NCBI RefSeq assembly: GCF_009914755.1
Contig: NC_060925.1
From: the human T2T-CHM13v2.0 reference genome, Homo sapiens
DNA: 64,000 nucleotides
Direction: 5' to 3' (one strand)
In this document: piece after piece, positions 55,816-64,000 of the stretch
Layout of the letters: the number at the start of each line of letters is the position of its first letter
How positions within the stretch are numbered: position 1 is the stretch's first letter
Notes under the pieces: model-generated
The model's database searches: none
Told to the model about the DNA's origin: nothing
The model's input: the letters and a program-made list of their open reading frames with translations, nothing else
Program-made: the position numbers and the translations under genes

Positions 55816-56116
55816 GGCCCGGCGCGGTGGCTCACGCCTGTAATCCCAGCACTTTGGGAGGCCGAGGCAGGCGGATCACGAGGTCGGGAGATGGAGACCA
55901 TCCTGGCTAACACGGTGAAACCCTGTCTCTACTAAAAATACAAAAAATTAGCCGGGCAAGGTGGTGGGCGCCTGTAGTCCCAGCTACTCGGGAGGCTGAG
56001 GCAGGAGAATGGCATGAACCCAGGGGGCGGAGCCTGCAGTGAGCCAGAGATCGCGCAACTGCACTCCAGCCTGGGCGACAGCGAGACTCCGTCTCAAAAA
56101 AAAAAAAAAAAAAAAA
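55816..56116 (+). mobile_element. AluY
   Basis: ACCATCCTGGCTAACACGGTG (Y diagnostic), long A tail, TSD GAAACTCAG. Confidence 0.95.
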
Positions 56117-58699
56117 GAAACTCAGGTATTTCATTTACAGATATTGGCTGAAATAACTATTCCAAACATTGCAATTTGAGGAATAAAACACATTTCATAT
56201 AGATTTGTAACTAATGTGTGACTTGAGATCTGTTTTTTAAAAAAAAGGAATGGGGAGATATTCAAGAGACATCCGCGTGTGCCTGGGAGGGATGTTTGTG
56301 CTCCCTCCCAATTTTCCTTCTTCTTTTAAAATGTAACATATAATAACAACAATATTAACAACAACTAAAATGCCCCAGGAATAGTCCAGGCCCCTGCTAC
56401 TGTTGCTGCTCCCCGTCCCCCCTTCCTTCTTCTCCTACTTCCACTAAGTAATCATTCAGTGTCTGTGAATAAAAACCCCATTGCTTATTTTTGTTTGGAT
56501 CCAATTTATACTCAGAAAGGCACTGAGCATGAGCTGCTTCTTTCATGTTCTTTGCCTGAGTCTAAAACAGCTTTATTAGTGGGGCCAAAAACAGCGGCAG
56601 TTTTGGCAGGCATTGCCAAGTGCGCATCACTTTCAATGATACATCTGGATGCAAAGAACTAAACTGAAAATAGAGTGAACCTCCACTCCTATTAAATGAA
56701 AATACTGTGCCAGTCTCAAACCTAACTGTGCATGATAATCATCTCTGTACCGTTTTATTTATTTCGAAATACAGAAATGTAGGTCCTACTTCAGACTTAC
56801 CTAATCATAATCAGGGGTGGAGGTGTTGAGTGGCCCAAGCAGTTATATTTAAAACAAAAAAAGCTCCATGGGTGATTCTGATAGCCAAGCAGGGGTGTGA
56901 ACTACTTGTTCATAGTATGCACTCAGGATTACTTGGCCCAAAATAATTAGGTTTATATAACTGTATTTGCTCTGGGAGAAACAGATTTAATGTGTAATTA
57001 ATAAATGAAAAGTATTTACTCATGACATACACTGCACTCACATTTTTTTTTTTTGCTTTCTCATACACATCCTAAGGTACAGTCTCAGATTTGAGTTAAT
57101 CCTTTTGCCTATTTAATAATGGTACGTGGAGTCTATTTCTTATTAGGTTCACAAAACTACAGAGTAAGAGCGAATAAAAAGATAAGTAAAAAGGCAGCTT
57201 ACTGTAGCTTTTTTTCCCTTTAAAGTCAGTTTAAAAAAATTTTTTTAATGTTAGGAATATGAAACAAGTTTTTAGAAAGAGGAAAGTACCACTTCTCTTC
57301 CATTGTGTTACAGTGGGTTTGGGGGAAAGAGGAGGGAAAGAAGAAAGCAAAATTTTAAGGATTTAGTAAGGATGATATATTATTTATTGTCTTAATTTCA
57401 TCAGTATGGGATTTGGGGTTTGCTTAAACAAACAAAAGTAGTACCTTGTGTAATATTTTTGAAGACATCATGTTTTTGTGTTTTTGAGTTCTATTAATAT
57501 GGCCTACTGGTTTTTGCAGTTTAAGTTAAAAAAAAACTGTAACTTTAGTTTCAGAATTAAATGTCAGAATTAAGTCATAAGGCAGAATCAAAATATTAGG
57601 TAACAGACTTTGAATTAAGTACATTCATTAGGGAGTGAGTTACAGTAATAACCACAACACTGATTTCAATAAAAATCAGTGAATATGGGAAGTGATTGGC
57701 TGATATGTGCTCATTTCGTTTTTGGGTCAGTGGTCCCTTGATTAAAGATTCTGTTTTATGTGCTAGAAGCCTTTGTATTTAGAACTGTTAACGTATCAAT
57801 ATGTAGTAAGGAAGAAGATAAAATTGAACCAGCAGGTGTCAGCAAGAACCAAAATAAAAAATATTAATCCTGATTATCTCAACCTTTATTACTTTTTAGT
57901 GATGCTGCAGTGTAAAACAACTTTAAAATGATATTTTAGTGACACATGCCTGCATTCTAAAGTAGAATCTTTCTTTGTCAGTGTATTGCCCTATTGGGAA
58001 ATGATCAGATATTTTAGAGAATATGTCTGAAATACGGCAACAGCTCCAAAAAGATTTAAAAAAAAAGACAAGTGCTGTGAACTTTTTCTCATTTCAGTGC
58101 CTTGAAAAATTTTTTTACATAAATTATCCTATATCCAAAAGCTTATGTTTAACAGTTTTAATATTTCTATGGTTATATGTTATGCATTTTTCAGTATTCC
58201 ATTCCTATTGATTAGTTAATAACCATAGGCATTTTATAGAAATAAGAGTAGGAATTCATAAACAACTGTCCTCATAGTGGGCTTAATTTTCTGATGAAAA
58301 TATGGCATTTATATGCTTTCAGCATACAATTTAAGATTTCATTTTAAGTCCATTCTAATTCAGTGAATAGTCAGGGGAAGGTAATGTCTGCTTTTCCAAA
58401 GAATTGAAAGGTTCATTACATTTCTCAATTTGTCACAATTTTTATTAAAATCCTATTACTTGTTTCTTCTTTATCACTTGATGAATTGACGAAAATACAA
58501 ATTCAGTAGGCAAATATGATATCCAGTATTTTTGATAATCTTATTAGAGTAGTAAGCAATAAAATAATGAGTGACAGGAACATCGCCGAGACCACAAAGA
58601 AGGTATGTGATAACTCAGGCCAGTCTGAAATACTTTCATTCTCTATGTTTTATTTCTTGTTATGCCAAATAAAGACCTGCTATTTTACATTTATCCTTA

Positions 58700-59250
58700 A
58701 CTTATTAAATGTAATACTACCCAGAAATTTGATTCCTAGGTATTTACCAGAGCGTAGAGTGTATTGAAAACTTATGTATGGACTGGTACGCAAATATTTA
58801 TAATGGCTTTATTCATAATTGTCCTGAACTGGAAACAATGCAGACCCCCCTCAGTTGGAGAATGAATATTGAGATACGTCCATTCAATGGAGTAGTACTC
58901 AGCCATAAAAATGAACAAACTGTGTAACCTTGATGAATCTGAAATGCACCATGCTAAGTGAAAGAAGTCATATTCAAAAGGCTTCATTTATATGATATCC
59001 TAGAAAAGATAAAACTATAGGGACAGAATACAGATTAGTATTTGTCAAGGATTGGAGGAGGGTTTGACACTGAAAGGACACAGGGGACTTGTATGGGCTG
59101 ATGGAACTGTTCTATATTTTGATTCTAGTGGTTGATTTCATTACTGAGTTTGTCAAACTTCTAGAAATTGTACATTAAAATGGCAATTTAATTGTATATA
59201 AGTTATACCTTAATTTAAAAAGTTCTAAAAATAAATGTTAAAAAGGGACA
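58700..59250 (+). mobile_element. L1M (L1MC/ME-like) 3' end
   Basis: CTTTATTCATAATTGTCCTGAACTGGAAACAA...GATGGAACTGTTCTATAT...ATAAGTTATACCTTAAT. Confidence 0.75.
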
Positions 59251-59755
59251 TAGACTGAAAAATAAAAATGAAATAAAGATAATGTTAATATAGTTTTTCT
59301 TTTCCCAGACATCCTAATAGAACCCTTAGAACACTTCAACTTCATTTATCTCTCTATTTATGTGTTGGTTGTCATGTATTTCAATTTTAGATACATTTCT
59401 AACATGGCAATCACTTTTATCTGTGGTTTCATGTAGATGTTTAATTAAATTTGCCCTGTTGCCATGCTCTTCATTTAACATTTCTTCCTATATCTTTAGC
59501 CTTCTATCTGAGGTCATTTTGATTCTGCCTATTCTCTTTGCTATTTTGTGTTCATGTAGTCTTACTTGCTTGAGTGCCTGGCTGTTTTTCATGATGTATT
59601 GGATATAGTATGTGCAAAATTGTTTGTACAAATAATCTGGAGCGTAAGATGTTATCTTCCTTCAGATAATTTTTACTTTTTGTCTAGGTAGCTGGGGGCA
59701 GTAGCTATCAGAAATCACTTTAATTTTAGGGTTTGAATAAATGTATGAAGTATAA

Positions 59756-59970
59756 TGTGTTTTGTTTGTTTATTTTGGGACAGGGTCTTGCCCTGTCACC
59801 CAATCTGAAATGCAGTGGTACGACTGGTGCTGCAACCTTGACCTCCCAAGCTCATGCAGTACTCCCACCTCAGCCTCCTGAGGAGCTGGGACCACAGGCA
59901 CCTGCCACCACGCCCAGTTTATTATTTTTATTTTTTGTAGAGACCGTGTCTCCCTATGTCGCCCAGGTTG
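59756..59970 (-). mobile_element. Partial AluJ
   Basis: Right arm plus part of the left arm, reverse complement. Confidence 0.85.
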
Positions 59971-60400
59971 GTAATGCATTTATTAATTAGCTTGATTGAG
60001 CTATTGTACAATGTGTGCATATTTCAGAATATGTTTGTATGATAAATATATTCAGCTTTTGTCAATTAAGATAATTTTAGTATTTGAGATAATTTGATGC
60101 CGTGAGAAGGCTTGTTTATGATGTTTAAGGCTTTTGAAGTCCTTAGCCAAATCATGGGGATGTTCATTGTAGTCCCTTTTTGAACTCTAGACTACAATTT
60201 CTGTTTCTGTGTTTCCAAGAGACTGTAAGAAACGCCATATAGCCTCTTAGCATCTCAACTGCATTTCCACAGTTTGCATAACAGTCAGTGGAAAAAACAT
60301 GCTTAGATGTTGGGTTCGCTTTTCTTGGCTTCCTTCAGCCCTCAGATACTCTGGACCGCTAATATGTCTCTATTTCATTAGCTCTCTGATGCATTAAAGC

Positions 60401-60405
60401 ATATA

Positions 60406-60447
<42 letters not shown>

Positions 60448-60547
60448 TACGCACATATGTATATATACACACATATGTACACACACATGTAATATACACA
60501 TATATACACATATGTATGTGTATATATATACTTTTTTTTTTTTTTTT
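60401..60547. repeat. Compound (TA)/(CA)/(TG) microsatellite followed by a T run
   Basis: Long alternating purine-pyrimidine tract. Confidence 0.95.
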
Positions 60548-61016
60548 GGTAAAACTCTCCTCAGAAGGAGCGCTTGTCTGAACTATTTTGCCACTATGAA
60601 AGCAAAGACTGCCTATACTCTTTTTCATACCCATACACACATGCAAATGTGCTTTTCTTAAAAACAGTGTTAAGACAATTTGTACATTTTATTATGCAAA
60701 GTGATGTTTTTTATTTAGTAGATTACAGATTCTTAGTAGAATAATTCAGCAAATATTTATTTACTATATGTTTATCCCTGTTCCAAGCACTGTAGGGATA
60801 AAGTGATACATAAAAGGATTTCCTAACCTTATTTGGCTTATATTTTGGCAAGGTAGATAGCTTCAACAAATAACTATGCAATTAACTAAATGTAATTTTG
60901 ATAATGATAAGAATAATATCCTTTGAGTACGTATAACATGGAAATTTGTTTTTGAGTCTTAGTTTTTCATTTCACATTATATTTCATACATTTTAAAATA
61001 TCACTAAAACATTTAA

Positions 61017-61763
61017 TTTTTCTTTCTTTTACTTTCTCTCTCTCTCTCTTTTTTTTAATAGCAAAGATGGAGTCTCGCTATGTTGCCCAGGCTGGTCCTG
61101 AATTCCTAGGCTCAAGCGATCCTCCTGCCTTGGCCTTCCAAAGTGCCTGGGATTACAGGTATGAGCTACCATGCTGGGTCTAATATTTATTTATATTTTT
61201 ATTTATTTATCTGGAGATGGAGTCTCTCTCTGTCACCCAGGTTGGAGTGCAGGGGCGTGATCTCGACTTACTGCAACTTCTGCCTCCTGGGTTCAAGCAA
61301 TTCTCATGCATCAGCCTCCCTAATAGCTGGGACTTCCTGGCTATTTTTTGTACTTTAGTAGAGACGGGGTTTCACCATGTTGCCCAGGCTGGTCTTAAAC
61401 TTCTGAGCTTAGGCAGTCCGCCTGCCTGGGCCTCCCAAGGTGCTAGGATTACAGGTGTGAACACTGCGTCTGGCCTATTTTTATTTTTTTAGGGACAGGG
61501 TCCTACTTTGTCACTTAGGCTGGAGTGCAGTGGTGTTATCATAGCTTACCGTAACTTTAAACTCCTGGGTTCAAGTGATCCTCCTGCCTCACCTCCTGAG
61601 TAGCTAGGATTATAGGCACATGCCACCATGCCCAGCTGTTTTGTGTGTGTGATGGGGTCTTGCTATGTTGCTTAGGCAGGTCTTGAACTCCTGGCCCCCC
61701 AAGTTTTCCTCCCTTGGGCTCCTGAAGTGCTGAGATTGCAGGAGTAAGTCACTGAACCTGTCC
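61017..61763 (-). mobile_element. Cluster of three antisense Alus (monomer ~61017-61180, Alu ~61185-61475, AluJ ~61476-61763)
   Basis: Three consecutive reverse-complement Alu units, each with a T-rich tail. Confidence 0.9.
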
Positions 61764-62035
61764 TAAAAATTTTAATAAATATTTTCAATCTAGTGTTCTA
61801 TTTTATGTATTTGCTGTAATTTATTTGGCCATTCTCATATTGTTAGACTTATACTTTGTTTCCAATTTTTAAAAATGATAAATGCTTTTTTAATATGTAC
61901 CTTCTTATATGTAATCCCAAATTTAGTCACTGATTAATTTTTTTAGAAGAGAATTTTGGGAGTAAGAGTACTGAGTAAAAGTATATGAAAAAATCTTGAT
62001 ATCATTTTTTCTAGAAAGGTTATATACCTATGTAA

Positions 62036-62397
<362 letters not shown>

Positions 62398-63099
62398 AAT
62401 TTGTATTTCTTTATTAGTGATATTCAACATGCTTTATGGTTATTTCCAATATGTATTTCTTTGTGTCTATTAGGTTGTTAATAAAGTTAAGACAAAATTA
62501 CTCTGCTTTATGAAGAGAACTATGGGGTTAACATTAAAGTAGGATTAGGTCTTCTAATTCTTTTCCAGTTCTGTGGTTTTATTATTTTATATTTGGATTA
62601 TCATTTTTAACTTATTTCTTTGTTGAGAATACTTTAAAAAAGCTTTTAGCAATGAGTGTCAGGAAACAGATTCCAGAACCTTATTATTATAGGAAATTAT
62701 GTATCAGATGAAGAATACTACAGTTATCATTGTTACAAAAGAATGAAATATGAAAACCCTATACACAATTCTCTTTTCCATTGATTACACTCACAGATTA
62801 CATAGTTTTAAATCTTTGTGAGATCTCAGGCCATTCCTAATGGGTCATTCTGATTTGTGATGTGTGTGTACACATGTGCTTACTTTTCATTATTTTGAGG
62901 TGTTTTAATATTTTTAGGGATTTATAGTATCCAAAGTAGCATAAATAATATTTTTAGGAGACAATTTTAGCATAAGATTGAAGAAAGTATAAAAAATAAT
63001 AGGTTATTGAATTAGAACAGTGATTGAAGAATTTGAAAAATGTTCTATTTTCTGGTGTTAATAATATAGTTCTAATGGAAAAAAAATGCAGTTTTTTTT

Positions 63100-64000
63100 T
63101 GGCAAGATGGCGGACTGGAGGCATCGTTAGCATGCCTTTTCCACTTCGAAAGACAAAACTGTGTGTAAAGGTTCATGCTGTGAACTTTTTTCCAAGAAGC
63201 AACACCGGAACTTAACAGGAAAACTGAAAGAAACCACAGACCTTTTGAAAGACGCAGTGGACAGTAGCACCATGAACTGAATGGAAAACTGTCTTCAGAC
63301 GGTGACACACACTCCCGCAGGGGAGCGGGACAATCCAGGCCATAGGGGAAGGCCTTAACCCTACCCAGTCCTGGAGCTGATGAACTGAGCAATGGGAAGT
63401 CTATGAGAAGGAAAGGCATTCGGATGTGTCTTGCGTGCATTCCCAGACTCCAGTGGGATGGGAGCGAAGCCATTCCTGATCCTGTCTCACAGGGGACCTC
63501 ACGGAAGTCAGCCAGCTAACTCAGGCTCCGGTCACAGGTTGAGAGAAGCTCCCAACTGAGATTTGTGTAGGGATGAACCTCATTGGCTGTAACCGATGAG
63601 CAAACGAAAGGTGTGCTGTAGCCACAGGTGCAGGAGCTGGATGCCCCTGTGTCACAGGTGTTGGACCAGGAGAGTCATCGCCTGAAAGCCAAAGGGCATA
63701 TGGCCTGGGGGCAGTTTTGTGTTCTGAGCACAGGCTGCCTGGAATTCAGCTAGCCGCTGTTAGCAAAACACTGCGGGTGTGAGACCTGCCTTGCCACGTA
63801 CCTGGGAGCAGAGTGGGACTTAACTGCCGCCTGCTAATCCCCACTCCCAATGGGGATTCTTTTGTGCAGTAGAGGCAGCTGCACTCCTGCCTTAAACATT
63901 ACCCCGCCAGCAGCCAGGGAACTGCCCTCTGATCCCCACTGGGGCCACTGCTTGTGCCTGCACGTGGGGAGCCAGAGCATGGACTTGCCTGACCCAGCCC
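63100..64000 (+). mobile_element. 5' UTR of an older L1 (L1PB/L1PA15-16-like), running out of the window
   Basis: Starts GGCAAGATGGCGGAC (YY1 site typical of L1 5' ends), followed by GC-richer 5'-UTR-like sequence. Confidence 0.75.

Noticed and set aside
60359-60661. ORFs across the TA/CA microsatellite, and the many Alu-derived ORFs in the track
   Set aside because: Simple-repeat or Alu translations with no independent coding evidence.

Overview
This is primate, almost certainly human, genomic DNA, not prokaryotic: it is AT-rich, carries about 18 Alus (one with four human-lineage Ya5 diagnostic bases) plus L1/L2/MIR/LTR/DNA-transposon relics, and has two CpG islands. The main island (~8100-9300) holds a GC-box promoter and a non-coding first exon ending at a strong donor (CTG|GTGAGT, 8657/8658). 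From memory I recognise this as NEK7 exon 1, so the rest of the window would be NEK7 intron 1 on the + strand, with the coding exons beyond 64000. The intron contains an antisense processed PRR13 copy (probably PRR13P1), a near full-length Tigger1, ERV-L relics and several L1 pieces. I see no intact canonical protein-coding exon, RNA gene or CRISPR array, and no evidence of a new multi-gene system. Most ORF-track entries are repeat-derived or GC-rich shadow ORFs. Best leads: (1) the PRR13 retrocopy keeps an open 135-aa ORF through two compensating frameshifts; (2) an antisense Alu-monomer cryptic exon might extend the NEK7 N-terminus in frame; (3) a strong-Kozak 4-codon uORF in exon 1; (4) a perfect 24-bp-arm hairpin; (5) an orphan retro-insertion inside Tigger1; (6) a probable L1 3' transduction; (7) a young, possibly polymorphic AluYa. 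Gene identities and repeat subfamilies come from recall, not database searches.
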